IMG/VR virus record: IMGVR_UViG_3300024308_000188
Coordinates: 62,001 to 126,000 of that record
DNA: 64,000 nt
Reading direction: 5' to 3' (one strand)
Position 1 is the first letter of the stretch. Each line of letters opens with the position of its first letter. The notes beneath the pieces were generated by a model that had not been told where the DNA came from, did not search any database, and worked only from the letters and a program-made list of their open reading frames with translations. This document shows positions 36,335 through 46,108 of this stretch, piece after piece. Both the position numbers and the translations under genes were made by a program.

Positions 36335-38755
36335 TTAAGATACTTCTAGGTATGATGATCCTTTTTCTTTAACTACTGTTAGTAGCGTATAATCTTGGAA
36401 ATCATCTATACTCTTAGGTGTTATCCAGAATATATGCGGAACTATTTGCCGAAGTTTTGGTAAAAATTCTCTAATCAAATGTTCGCGCACGGCTGTACTG
36501 CATCGACTATCAGGTTCGTCAAGTATCAAGAAATTGGTTCGCTTTTCTTCTGGAATCAATGGCAATAAACTAACTGCGAATAATAAACGGAAACAGTTGG
36601 CTTCTGCACCACTCAAGTAAACTATGTCGCTTGATTCTCCGTTATTACGGATGGCAACTGCACTTATGCCATTCGCTTGAGTGCGAATTTGAAATTTCAT
36701 AGGTTCAAGAAAAACTAAACTACTATAGCGATTTAAGCTATCTTCTAATTGACGAACTATTGCCTCAGCTGCTTGTAGCTTTAAATTATTCGGAGAGTAT
36801 GCAGTCTGCAATATCTTATACTGCTCACGCATTTTTAATAATGGCTCTACAACCTTCAATTTATTAGAAAGATCTTCAGCAGTCTTACTTAAATTCTTAA
36901 ATTCAATTTTGGCAAGATTTAATTTACGCCAAAGTTTTTCAAGCTGATCGTTTTCCTGAGTCAGTTCCTTTAATTCTTTTTGAACGCGAGAGTGGGCTTT
37001 TTCATCGTAATGTTCGCTGCCAAGATCTTTAATGCGATCTTTGTTTTGAAGTAACAGTGAAAGCGCTTCGATTTTACGTTCGATAGATTCGCTGGATTCT
37101 TTAACAATAACTTTTGGTTTGACTGGTTTCTTAAGTGAATCCATTTGAGCAATCAACTTATCGTACTGCTCAGATTGTTTACCTTGTTCACGAATTTGTT
37201 TGAGCTTTTTACGAGCCGACTCTAACTTGGTTTCAAGCTTAGTATCTATGGTTACTTTAGAAATACTTTCAACAGAAGAACCTAATTCTTCATACTCTGA
37301 ATATATTTCATAATCCTCTAAATACTGTTGCGCTTTTTTAACTCGATTTTCAAGGTCTTTGTATTTAACTTTTTCAGATCCACACACAGGACATCCTGCT
37401 AAATGTTCATGATCTTGAAGTTGATCCCAAAGTGCAACAGTAGTTTTAAGCAAATCTACCTGACTGGAAATAGCGTCAGTTTTCTTGCCAAGATTTTTTT
37501 CGGTAAGGTCAAGACTTTTTGCAAATTTTGTTTTTAGAAAAGTGGACTTCAAAGCTGAAGCCTTGGCTGTTGCTTTAGAGTTTTGTTTTTTGATCTCTAT
37601 ATAAGCCTGATATTTTTCTGTTTGGTTTTCAAGATCGCGTTCAAGTTTTGAAATAAGGCTAACGTATTTTTCATACTGTTCAGCTAATTCGTCTGTGCTT
37701 AATTCGGGTTTGGTTATGGAATCCAAAGATTTTTGAATGACAGAAGATTTACTTTTATACTCGGAGCTGGCTTCCACATAAAATTCAAACTGCTGTGAAA
37801 GTTTTAGGTTGCTTCTTAATTTGGCAAGATCTTCTTTGGTGCTTAACTTACCCAAAGCTTTTTGTAATTCTTTTTGTTTGGTAACAAGCTTCTTTAAACG
37901 ATCAGCATTGTTTTTTGCTGTTGTTAGTTTGCCAGATAACTCATAAAGTTTTTTTAGTTTGGCTTTGACACCATCCAGTTTTTCATGGACACGTTTTAAC
38001 TTGGAATTTTTATCAGAAGTCCACTCAAGTTCCTCTATTCTTTTTTGAGCAGCTTTAAGTTCTTGAGCTAAAGTTTGATATTCAATCTCTGCTTTAGCAA
38101 CTTCACCCAGTTTTTTAGTAAAATATTTACGTAGTTCATCGTAAACATCAAGGCCAAACAATTTTGTTATAAAGGCCAATCTATTCTGTGGACTAGCATT
38201 TATAAAGTTGCAACTACGTTGATCGCTAACATAAGAAGTTGCGTAAAACATTTCTTCGGAAATAGGAAAAGCCCGATCCAAATGGGTACGGGCAATTTCA
38301 AGTTTCACTGGTTTTCCAGCTTCGTTTACGTTAACATATTCACCAGATTTATTTTTGATGAATACACTGTAAGCAGAAGCTGTTTGCTCAAAACGATAAC
38401 ATTCACCTAAATGATTTTCTACCTCAAGGATGTGAGTGCTCTTTTTACCTTTAAGCACATCTTTCTTGTTTCGACTTTTGATGGCTAAAGGGTCTGTTTC
38501 AAAAGCGACAGTAGGAATACTTGAAAACAAGCGACTTTTGCCAACAGCATTTTTGTTAGCTGGATTTCTACTGTCTAAATTTTTACCGTGGATTACATAC
38601 AACCCATGTTCGCTACCAACCTCAAGAAGCGTATCTTCAAAGGTCAATACGTTTTTCAGGCCAAACCCGTTTAGCTTAATCATAGTTCTACTCTTCTTTT
38701 GTTTCAGTGGTTTCTTCAGATTCTTTTTGTTCACCAAATATCTTTTGGAACTCAC
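36335..38755 (-). CDS. SbcC/Rad50 (gp46-like) ATPase
   Basis: Walker A NAVGKS, coiled coils with CPVC zinc hook, signature LSGAE, Walker B LILDEPD. Confidence 0.9.
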   Translation of the reverse strand: MSSKRYLVNKKNLKKPLKQKKSRTMIKLNGFGLKNVLTFEDTLLEVGSEHGLYVIHGKNLDSRNPANKNAVGKSRLFSSIPTVAFETDPLAIKSRNKKDVLKGKKSTHILEVENHLGECYRFEQTASAYSVFIKNKSGEYVNVNEAGKPVKLEIARTHLDRAFPISEEMFYATSYVSDQRSCNFINASPQNRLAFITKLFGLDVYDELRKYFTKKLGEVAKAEIEYQTLAQELKAAQKRIEELEWTSDKNSKLKRVHEKLDGVKAKLKKLYELSGKLTTAKNNADRLKKLVTKQKELQKALGKLSTKEDLAKLRSNLKLSQQFEFYVEASSEYKSKSSVIQKSLDSITKPELSTDELAEQYEKYVSLISKLERDLENQTEKYQAYIEIKKQNSKATAKASALKSTFLKTKFAKSLDLTEKNLGKKTDAISSQVDLLKTTVALWDQLQDHEHLAGCPVCGSEKVKYKDLENRVKKAQQYLEDYEIYSEYEELGSSVESISKVTIDTKLETKLESARKKLKQIREQGKQSEQYDKLIAQMDSLKKPVKPKVIVKESSESIERKIEALSLLLQNKDRIKDLGSEHYDEKAHSRVQKELKELTQENDQLEKLWRKLNLAKIEFKNLSKTAEDLSNKLKVVEPLLKMREQYKILQTAYSPNNLKLQAAEAIVRQLEDSLNRYSSLVFLEPMKFQIRTQANGISAVAIRNNGESSDIVYLSGAEANCFRLLFAVSLLPLIPEEKRTNFLILDEPDSRCSTAVREHLIREFLPKLRQIVPHIFWITPKSIDDFQDYTLLTVVKEKGSSYLEVS

Positions 38756-38791
38756 TTAACATGCGTGGATCGTCAAACATTGTACTACCTT

Positions 38792-38801
38792 ATTTACAGT
38801 A
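38792..38801 (-). promoter_or_regulatory. TACTGTAAAT motif upstream of the sbcC-like gene
   Basis: 37 nt before the GTG start; overlaps the stop of the upstream gene. Confidence 0.65.
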
Positions 38802-39333
38802 ACTTCAGACTCTGCTTGTATGTTTCACAGAGCTTTCCAGAAGAAATTCTTTCAGAAAAAATTTCACGAATATGATCCAAGCTAAGTGCATGATAGTTTG
38901 TTTGTTCAAGACTAACATTCAAATAACGAGGATCGTCAATAACTTTATCATGCAAGTGGCCATGAACATTTAATTTACCACGTAAATGTTCTGGATGCAG
39001 TGGCATATGACTTAAAGTAAAACCATATTTGTTTTGATAAAAATAAACCGCTGAGTAGACTTCGCACAGTCTCTTCAATGGAATTTTATCTGTACAGTGG
39101 TTGCCACCTATCAAAATAACGGTGGCCCCAGTTTCACGAAATTGCTCGATATACTTTAACGATTCCTCACTGAAGCAAATATCTCCATGAAGATAAAGGG
39201 TAGATCTTTTGTTAAGTTGTCTTAAAATATTTTCAAAAATAACAGTGTCATGTTCTTGCACAGAAGAGAAATGAGTTCTGTATTTACAAACATTCGACTG
39301 ACCGAAATGCAAATCAGCTGCGTGAAAATTCAT
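38794..39333 (-). CDS. Calcineurin-like metallophosphoesterase
   Basis: ADLHFG, GDI, GGNH, SHMP, NVHGHLH. Confidence 0.85.
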   Translation of the reverse strand: MNFHAADLHFGQSNVCKYRTHFSSVQEHDTVIFENILRQLNKRSTLYLHGDICFSEESLKYIEQFRETGATVILIGGNHCTDKIPLKRLCEVYSAVYFYQNKYGFTLSHMPLHPEHLRGKLNVHGHLHDKVIDDPRYLNVSLEQTNYHALSLDHIREIFSERISSGKLCETYKQSLKLL

Positions 39334-39335
39334 TG

Positions 39336-40148
39336 TTAGTCTTTCACCTCAGAAGGTGCTATAAAAACAAGCACAGGTTTTTTAATCAGTAAATCTGGAC
39401 GTATTTGGAAAACAATTTGATCTGTATCAAGATCACTCGCATAACTTGCCTTGAAGATTTTATAAAGATCTTCGTAGATACTAGCTAAACGTACAACCTG
39501 AGAAGAATTAAGCATGTAGTCAGTGCGGCCAAGCGGAGGTAAAGTAGAACTTTGATCTCCGAGTTCTGTACTAATAGTTCCATTGCGAACATTATCTATG
39601 AAAGCAAAGAAATCTGTAACATACTTAAAATATGTTTCACGTTGAAGCGCAGAACACATGACAATTGTGTGACTTATACGTTTTGAAATATCGTACATAG
39701 GATTAACTACAACACTATTTTCAATACGCTTTTGATCAATATCAGTTTCTGCAAGTCTTACTCTGTACTTACCGGAAAATCTTTTGCGGCCAGCATTGTT
39801 GTAGTATTCATTAAAACGAGTGTGAAGTACAAGGTTGGTAAGAAACCGAGTTGTTCTCAAACGAGAAAGAACACCAATTTTAGAAAATGGAGAATGCACA
39901 TCAACACGCTTAGATACAGATAAAAGATTAATAGAGTCTTTATCAAGAACATTAGCAAACTGAATAAGCATTAATTCTTTAATGCCGTCAGTGAACTGAG
40001 TATCAGGTTGATCAAAAAATAAGTTGCAGATTTCTTTTGAAGGCATACCGGAAACGCAAATACGCTGCATATCACTACCGAAAGATTTTTGTACAGTTTG
40101 AATTGTTTGCATTTTAAATTTCTCCATTGGTTTCAGTGTTAATCTCAA
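39336..40148 (-). CDS. Hypothetical protein
   Basis: 270-aa ORF. Confidence 0.65.
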   Translation of the reverse strand: MRLTLKPMEKFKMQTIQTVQKSFGSDMQRICVSGMPSKEICNLFFDQPDTQFTDGIKELMLIQFANVLDKDSINLLSVSKRVDVHSPFSKIGVLSRLRTTRFLTNLVLHTRFNEYYNNAGRKRFSGKYRVRLAETDIDQKRIENSVVVNPMYDISKRISHTIVMCSALQRETYFKYVTDFFAFIDNVRNGTISTELGDQSSTLPPLGRTDYMLNSSQVVRLASIYEDLYKIFKASYASDLDTDQIVFQIRPDLLIKKPVLVFIAPSEVKD

Positions 40149-40956
40149 CTGAAACTTTATTCATTGGTTTTTGTTCGGTCGGATCAATATCATACGGATT
40201 TACATAATCAAGAACAGCTGTTGCTATCAATGAACTATTTCCAATAGTGCCATCAGTAAGCTGTAGCTCAGTAGATCCGTGATAAATACTTTTTACATTA
40301 CCAAACTTCAAAGTATGAAGCAAGACAAAGTTATCAATCAAGTCAGGTTTGGTGTATGCTAAACCGTTTTTCTCAAATTTTTCTGTAATCGCATAACAAT
40401 AACGAGCTTTAACTTTTTTACCTGCAAGAAAAGACAAACGAGCTGACAATTGTTTATCTATACAGTGGATTATTTCAAATTTCTGAGCCTTAACAACAGG
40501 AATATAAACTACAATAGTTCCTGATTCGTACTCACGTAAAAATTTACTATCGGGAATACCATAGCTCCAATGTTCAAGCTCTGTTATTTCACAAGTAAAT
40601 ACTTTATTTACTTCAAAATTGTGTTGCTGAATTTCGTTAACAGCTTTGAGTGCTCTCGGACGAAATTCAGCAAGAGGATCTTTATAAATTGGCTGATCAT
40701 ACATTAATTCAGCCCACTTAGAAAAAATATCTCGTATTGCACCGACTGAAGGCTTCTCTTCTTCAAAAGTACAATCAAAGCAACCTTCAGTCGGTAAAGG
40801 TGAACTGAATGCCTTTTCATGAAAAGACTCAGGAACATCAATTGTTAACTTTGGCCTTTTATCGCTTGGGAAGAATCCAGAAAAATCTATTGTAAATGTT
40901 TTATCCATCATTCTTATCTCCTTGCTTAGATTTTTCGGCATGTGAAATAATGTCAT
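40114..40956 (-). CDS. Hypothetical protein (start probably at MMDKTF)
   Basis: 280-aa ORF; SD lies before the internal ATG. Confidence 0.65.
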   Translation of the reverse strand: MTLFHMPKNLSKEIRMMDKTFTIDFSGFFPSDKRPKLTIDVPESFHEKAFSSPLPTEGCFDCTFEEEKPSVGAIRDIFSKWAELMYDQPIYKDPLAEFRPRALKAVNEIQQHNFEVNKVFTCEITELEHWSYGIPDSKFLREYESGTIVVYIPVVKAQKFEIIHCIDKQLSARLSFLAGKKVKARYCYAITEKFEKNGLAYTKPDLIDNFVLLHTLKFGNVKSIYHGSTELQLTDGTIGNSSLIATAVLDYVNPYDIDPTEQKPMNKVSVEINTETNGEI

Positions 40957-41143
40957 TCATTTCTGCGCCAGTATCACGATGATCGTATTCAACACCATTA
41001 TCAAATTCATGATAGCTGATTTTGTGATCAGGATTACTAAAGAAAATCTTGTAGACAGCAAAGGCTAGTACAGCAACCGCAGAAAATAAGCATAGTAAAA
41101 ATAAAGCTATTGAAATGGATGCTTCGTTTTGAACTTCAATCAT
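40901..41143 (-). CDS. Small membrane protein
   Basis: Hydrophobic stretch ISIALFLLCLFSAVAVLAFAVY. Confidence 0.6.
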   Translation of the reverse strand: MIEVQNEASISIALFLLCLFSAVAVLAFAVYKIFFSNPDHKISYHEFDNGVEYDHRDTGAEMNDIISHAEKSKQGDKNDG

Positions 41144-42318
41144 TTTTTCACCTTGTTAAAATAGTCATCAACACTTAAATCAGCTAATGCAGTATAAAGT
41201 GCAACAGCCGCAGGATAAGCCGGAACCGTTAAGATTTTGTGATCGACATCAAGTAAAACAGATTGAACTTTTAACAAAGCGGGCAACGAAACTTTTACCT
41301 TGTTTTTATTAACGGACGAAACAAAAAGTTTGCCAATGGCTGGAACATATTTTGCAATGCCAGTAATACTTTCAATTTGCCAGTCAATAAGATAACGCAG
41401 TTGTGAAATAAGTTTACGAGGTTCTTTGCAACCTTTGCAGTTTTTAACGATACCCAACAAATTGTTACCAAGAACTGCAACGAGTATTTCAGCGGAAACC
41501 GAATTCAATTCTTCTTCAGTTGCTTGCATACCAAGATCGCTGACAACACTTTCATCATATTTGTTACCACTTGAAACAATGCTGATCAATGTGTCCAACA
41601 TACTTATTGCATTACGCATCTGGCCTTCACAAAGTTCGGCAATACGCTTAAGGCATTTTTTGAATAAGTCTTTATCTTTAATCTTAAGACCTTCTTCTTT
41701 CACAATGATCTCTAAACGAGCATAAACTTCTTTGGCTGATATTGGATTAAGCGTTATGTGTGTGCAGCGATTGCGAATTGTGTTCTTAAGTTTTTCTGGA
41801 TTAGTAGTACATAAAATCCAGATGCAGTTTTTGCTCGGCTTTTCTAGTGGAACCAGCAAAGTGCTTTCAGCTTTATCACTAAGTAAATGGGCTTCGTCAA
41901 TCAAAATGATTTGTTTGTTAAAACGGGGTGTACGTTTTGCGCGTTGTAACAGATTGCGAATGTCATCTATGTTACCAGCTTCACCTGCATTGATTTCAAT
42001 TAAATCTGGAATCTGATCATCAGAAAACTTACAGGCATCACATTTACCGCAAGCTGTATTCTTTTCACAGTTTACGTAACGCGCTATCATTTTGGCAAGC
42101 GTGGTCTTTCCACTACCAGTTAAGCCGCTGATTAAAATTGTTGAGGGAAAGCGTTTACGCTCAAGCCAACCACTCATTGTATTTTGAGCGCTAGTTTGAC
42201 CAATATAATCAGAAAGTTTTGTTGGACGGTATTTTTCAGGAAGGTTGTAACTTTCGAGTGTTTTGGGTTTCTTACTGACAAGTTTTTTAGACATGGTAAA
42301 TCCTCTAGGTTTATACAC
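41140..42318 (-). CDS. Clamp-loader ATPase, DnaX (gamma/tau)-like; likely start ATG at 42294
   Basis: EKYRPTKLSDYIGQ, GLTGSGKTT, CxxxxxCGxCxxC zinc motif, IDEAHLL, TIRNRC. Confidence 0.9.
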   Translation of the reverse strand: MYKPRGFTMSKKLVSKKPKTLESYNLPEKYRPTKLSDYIGQTSAQNTMSGWLERKRFPSTILISGLTGSGKTTLAKMIARYVNCEKNTACGKCDACKFSDDQIPDLIEINAGEAGNIDDIRNLLQRAKRTPRFNKQIILIDEAHLLSDKAESTLLVPLEKPSKNCIWILCTTNPEKLKNTIRNRCTHITLNPISAKEVYARLEIIVKEEGLKIKDKDLFKKCLKRIAELCEGQMRNAISMLDTLISIVSSGNKYDESVVSDLGMQATEEELNSVSAEILVAVLGNNLLGIVKNCKGCKEPRKLISQLRYLIDWQIESITGIAKYVPAIGKLFVSSVNKNKVKVSLPALLKVQSVLLDVDHKILTVPAYPAAVALYTALADLSVDDYFNKVKK

Positions 42319-42322
42319 TAGG

Positions 42323-42332
42323 ATTTACAGTA
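42323..42332 (-). promoter_or_regulatory. TACTGTAAAT motif upstream of the clamp loader
   Basis: 29 nt before ATG 42294, just downstream of a terminator. Confidence 0.7.
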
Positions 42333-42342
42333 TTGACAGGAC

Positions 42343-42384
42343 AAAAAAATGGCTGGCACGACATTAGCGTATCGTAACCAGCCA
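42343..42384 (-). terminator. Intrinsic terminator
   Basis: TGGCTGG..ACGA...TCGT.CCAGCCA followed by T7 on the minus strand. Confidence 0.8.
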
Positions 42385-42396
42385 GTAAATCTAATA

Positions 42397-42529
42397 GGAG
42401 TTAAGGGGAAACTCACTCCATTTTCGATTCAAATCAACAGCGTCAAATCCATTGACTTTAATCCACCAGGAAGATAGCGAACTATCTAAATACAAATTAT
42501 AGTGCTGTTGATTTTTAACATTGAATCGA
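42397..42529 (-). ncRNA. Candidate structured RNA (long basal stem with two internal hairpins)
   Basis: TCGATTCAA/TTGAATCGA and AATCAACAGC/GCTGTTGATT arms; inner AGAUAG-UUCG-CUAUCU and GUCAA/UUGAC hairpins; followed by a terminator. Confidence 0.5.
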
Positions 42530-42574
42530 GTAAAAAGTTTGATTTGTAAATGCGAGTAAATGCGTTCAAATCAA

Positions 42575-43300
42575 TTAAGCAAATATTGGATCAGGACTGC
42601 AAGTAAGATCAATTGTATAGTCTGTCCAATGATCTTTATTCCAAGGTCGCAGATTTTTAACAGTTTGAATACCAGCCTGAGTAAAATCATTTAAGATCTT
42701 AGGCTGATCTTCTATAATCAGTTGTACGTTATCGCCAAATAAATCATCGAGAATATCCAACTTTGAATGCCCTACCGGACAAACAATTAACATATCTGGA
42801 ATTAATCCACTCTCAACTAAAACATCATGAGTTAGTTTAAAGCCATCAGAGCGGAATCCTCTGTGTGTAATAAATGCAAGGTAAACAGGTTGGTCATTAC
42901 GTAAATTGAATTGCTCGTTTAATTCTCCATCACGCAATTTGCGTATGAATTCTTTTGTATGTTCAAATGGTTTTGTCATACTCAAATAGTTAGAGTTATG
43001 TAGAATATCCAAAAACATTTGAAGATCGAGGCCAAGAGTTTCAACCATATCATAGCGAACTACATCAGACAACGTGTATTTTGTTCCGCATCTTTCATTG
43101 ACCATGTTAAGAAGAACTTCTACGGTAGCCAGAATAGATTCATCGAGATCAATACCTATTACTTGATGACCTTCAGTGTATTCAGTCCAAACTTTTGATC
43201 TTAGTTCGGAGTTTTTGTCGTAGTCGGACGGGTTTATTGTGTTATGAACTTTCATTTTGTTATATTCCGTTGATAAAAGGTGCAGAGTTTTTGTCTGCAC
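42575..43300 (-). CDS. HAD-family 5'(3')-deoxyribonucleotidase-like phosphatase
   Basis: VIGIDLDESI (DxD), FITHRG, K...IIEDQP. Confidence 0.8.
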   Translation of the reverse strand: MQTKTLHLLSTEYNKMKVHNTINPSDYDKNSELRSKVWTEYTEGHQVIGIDLDESILATVEVLLNMVNERCGTKYTLSDVVRYDMVETLGLDLQMFLDILHNSNYLSMTKPFEHTKEFIRKLRDGELNEQFNLRNDQPVYLAFITHRGFRSDGFKLTHDVLVESGLIPDMLIVCPVGHSKLDILDDLFGDNVQLIIEDQPKILNDFTQAGIQTVKNLRPWNKDHWTDYTIDLTCSPDPIFA

Positions 43301-43309
43301 CTGATCTGT

Positions 43310-44539
43310 TTAACGAATCAACTTTTGTATTGTGGATTCGCAAGCCTTAGTTACATCGCTTGGCAATTTTTTACCTTGCAGATGCGCTGTCATTGTTTCA
43401 GCGAAGAATTCACGTACATTGGTAAGGGCATATTCAGAACCAACATCGTTTACTTGATCGCTAATATCTTGATGCTCAGGCCACAACTCTTCGAGTGCAT
43501 CACGATTGTTCTGAACCAGCATGTCAACGTCATTACGATCAAGACGATGAACACGCTTCATATAAGAATAAATTTCTTTAATCAAGGTTACTTGATTTTC
43601 GTCAGCCATTTCTTTCATGAACGCATTAATTGCGCCATCGTAGCCTTGAATATCTTTTAACAGTGTTTTCAGATCATCCGAATCGAATGACTGGCGTTTA
43701 ATACGCTTACCATAAACTCCGGCCCATTTAGATTTTAAATGATCTGGAACTTGTCGGAACCAAACACCGTGGCAGAATTCGTGGGTAAGTACGTATTCCA
43801 GATATTGACGATCATCGAAATTAATTCCGTTGATAACAATGAAATCTGTTTTGCCACCTTCTTTTGTACGCTTGTAAGTAAATGTTCCGGCATACTTACT
43901 TACTTTAGTTCGTAACTCTATATGGCTAAAGTTATCTAACCAAGAAGTCATGCGGTGTTTTTTGAACAATTTGAAAACTGTTTCAGAACAACTTTTAAGA
44001 AGATCAAAATGTTGTTTAGTAAACTTTTCACGGTATAAACGAACTTCACCAATATCAGGCAAAGTCAACTTTTTAATAAAAGGTTCTATCTTAACCCCGA
44101 ACACGCTGCCGATAGCTGGCTTTTTGCCTAAGTTAGCAATAACATCTTCAGGTTTAAATTCTTTTTGGTTGTCAGAGTCATCACGTTCAACCCCATCTTC
44201 TAAAAGAATTCGGTTACGGCCTATATAAAGACCAAGAACATTTTTAGTGCCAATCTTTACAATCAAGTGATCGTCACTTTCGTAAGCAACTTGGCTGGAC
44301 TCAACAACTGTTTTAGAATCAGAGTCAGATTTTCTTGAAGATTTTTTGGCCTTATCAATAGCGCCTTCAGCTATCTTCTTTGCCATTTTCTTTTTGGTCT
44401 TTTCAATGTCACCTAATTCCACTTTGGTAACAGCAACCTTCTTTTTCTTTACCACAATTTCTTCTACTTTACCTTTATTGGCCTTAATCTTAGTTTTAGG
44501 TTTCTTTCCGGCTTTTAATCCACAAATTACACTTGTCAT
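43310..44539 (-). CDS. Zincin-type metallopeptidase-like protein with Lys-rich N-terminus
   Basis: LTHEFCHGVW (HExxH) and distal YALTNVREFFAE supplying the likely third ligand. Confidence 0.65.
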   Translation of the reverse strand: MTSVICGLKAGKKPKTKIKANKGKVEEIVVKKKKVAVTKVELGDIEKTKKKMAKKIAEGAIDKAKKSSRKSDSDSKTVVESSQVAYESDDHLIVKIGTKNVLGLYIGRNRILLEDGVERDDSDNQKEFKPEDVIANLGKKPAIGSVFGVKIEPFIKKLTLPDIGEVRLYREKFTKQHFDLLKSCSETVFKLFKKHRMTSWLDNFSHIELRTKVSKYAGTFTYKRTKEGGKTDFIVINGINFDDRQYLEYVLTHEFCHGVWFRQVPDHLKSKWAGVYGKRIKRQSFDSDDLKTLLKDIQGYDGAINAFMKEMADENQVTLIKEIYSYMKRVHRLDRNDVDMLVQNNRDALEELWPEHQDISDQVNDVGSEYALTNVREFFAETMTAHLQGKKLPSDVTKACESTIQKLIR

Positions 44540-44582
44540 ATATTTCTCCTGATTGGAATTTAAAAATTATGGGCATTACGGC

Positions 44583-45017
44583 CTAAATTTGGTTTTTAAG
44601 AAAAGAGACTTTAATGGACTGTATCTTATCCATCATTTCTTTTGAAACCATAGCAAATTCTGTGTTCAATCCAAAAACATACCAGCCACTATCTTTAATT
44701 GGATGCTCAGTAAATACTACAAATTGAAATTTACCTCGTTTCTCAGAAGCTGTTCTATATTGGAATTTTTTCTTTAGTGGTATTCGTTTGGAATGTGACT
44801 GATTTACGTATTCTATAAAACTATCTTGAACTTGCCTATCAAGATATTTACAGTATAGGTATATCCTATTAGTCAATCCAATGCAAAATAATTCTGGATG
44901 ATCATTAAAAAGTTGGTTGAATTCTTCAAATTCAACACGTTTTTTACCTTTTGGTCTGGCATCATGGACAAGCTTTTGAAGCTCGATTAATTGCTTACAG
45001 GTTTCGTCATTGTACAT
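44583..45017 (-). CDS. Hypothetical protein
   Basis: 144-aa ORF with AAGGA SD. Confidence 0.65.
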   Translation of the reverse strand: MYNDETCKQLIELQKLVHDARPKGKKRVEFEEFNQLFNDHPELFCIGLTNRIYLYCKYLDRQVQDSFIEYVNQSHSKRIPLKKKFQYRTASEKRGKFQFVVFTEHPIKDSGWYVFGLNTEFAMVSKEMMDKIQSIKVSFLKNQI

Positions 45018-45039
45018 AAGTTTTCCTTATTGAAGAAGC

Positions 45040-45660
45040 TGCGAAGGCATGGCTGCGGGTTGTCGGTGTCCGCGAAAGTGGGGGGGGTGGCGCGGCGGAA
45101 CCGGAAAAAGGATCCTGGAAAAGATCAATAACCCAGTTAGTGTGTTAGCTTTTTCTTTTGATTTTAAGGTTGTACGAAGCGGAGCGAAGTACAGCTCTTA
45201 ATCTACGTAGTAGATTTAAGATCTTGATCCAATTTCCCCATGCCCAGATCCCCAACAAACAATTAATAAACAGATCTTTGCTTTTCTACTGATCTCATTT
45301 TCCCCCCCAAAAAAAAAAAAAAAAAAAAAAGATCTGGCCTGTTAATTTGACGAAGGCAAATTTTAGGCAGACCTCCGCCTTTTTATGATCTGTTCCACTG
45401 ATCGCTGTGGGCTAATTCAAATGCCTTGAGATCTTTTTGATCTTTTAATTTATTCTAGTGGCCTGTTGTCTGTTGGGGCATTTAGTAATTTTTAAAGAAT
45501 TTTAGGAATCCATGATTCCAAAGTTGGTGTTCACTTCGCTCACACCAACTATAAACCTTCTTTAATTACTAACTGATCAACTAACGATCCTAAGCAATTA
45601 ACTCATTTCCAAAAGCCCAATTGATCCAGCTGTTTTTATTTAATTTACAGTATTACTTTA
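45040..45660. other. Putative replication-origin-like non-coding region
   Basis: 15 GATC sites in 45111-45626; oriC 13-mer-like words; AT-rich blocks; G8, C7 and A22 tracts; several hairpins; no ORF. Confidence 0.55.
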
Positions 45661-45854
45661 GCAGACCCTACTTTCTGACTACCAGACTTTAGTACACTTA
45701 GAAGCGTTAAAACCCTATTTAGATGCAACGACAAAAAATGGTGTTTTTACCCAAAATAGCTAAAACATAAATTTAGCCTTTTTCTTTAAAATGGGGACAG
45801 AATTTCAGTAAAATACATCAAAAATTGGTAGGAAAATTCACGAATTTTGGACGT

Positions 45855-45883
45855 AAAAAAGGGCAGCTTTTTAAGGCCGCCCT
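45855..45883 (-). terminator. Intrinsic terminator
   Basis: AGGGCGGC...GCTGCCCT plus T6 on the minus strand. Confidence 0.7.
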
Positions 45884-45890
45884 ACAAAAC

Positions 45891-46100
45891 TTATTTAGTG
45901 CTTTCAAATTTAGCGCGAAGTTTAGCACCTACTTGTTTCATTAGTGCCTCTACTTTCTCACCTTCTTCTTTTTCAACAGCAGTCTGAATCTGTTCACCTA
46001 AATCACCGGAAAGAAACGGCATGATTGTACTCAACATAAGACTGCGGCCAGTTTTCTTCTTACCACCTTTCTTTTTACTTACCGAAACAAAGACTTTCAT
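45891..46100 (-). CDS. Small hypothetical protein
   Basis: GAGGT SD, biased codons, followed by a terminator. Confidence 0.65.
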   Translation of the reverse strand: MKVFVSVSKKKGGKKKTGRSLMLSTIMPFLSGDLGEQIQTAVEKEEGEKVEALMKQVGAKLRAKFESTK

Positions 46101-46108
46101 TAGTCACC

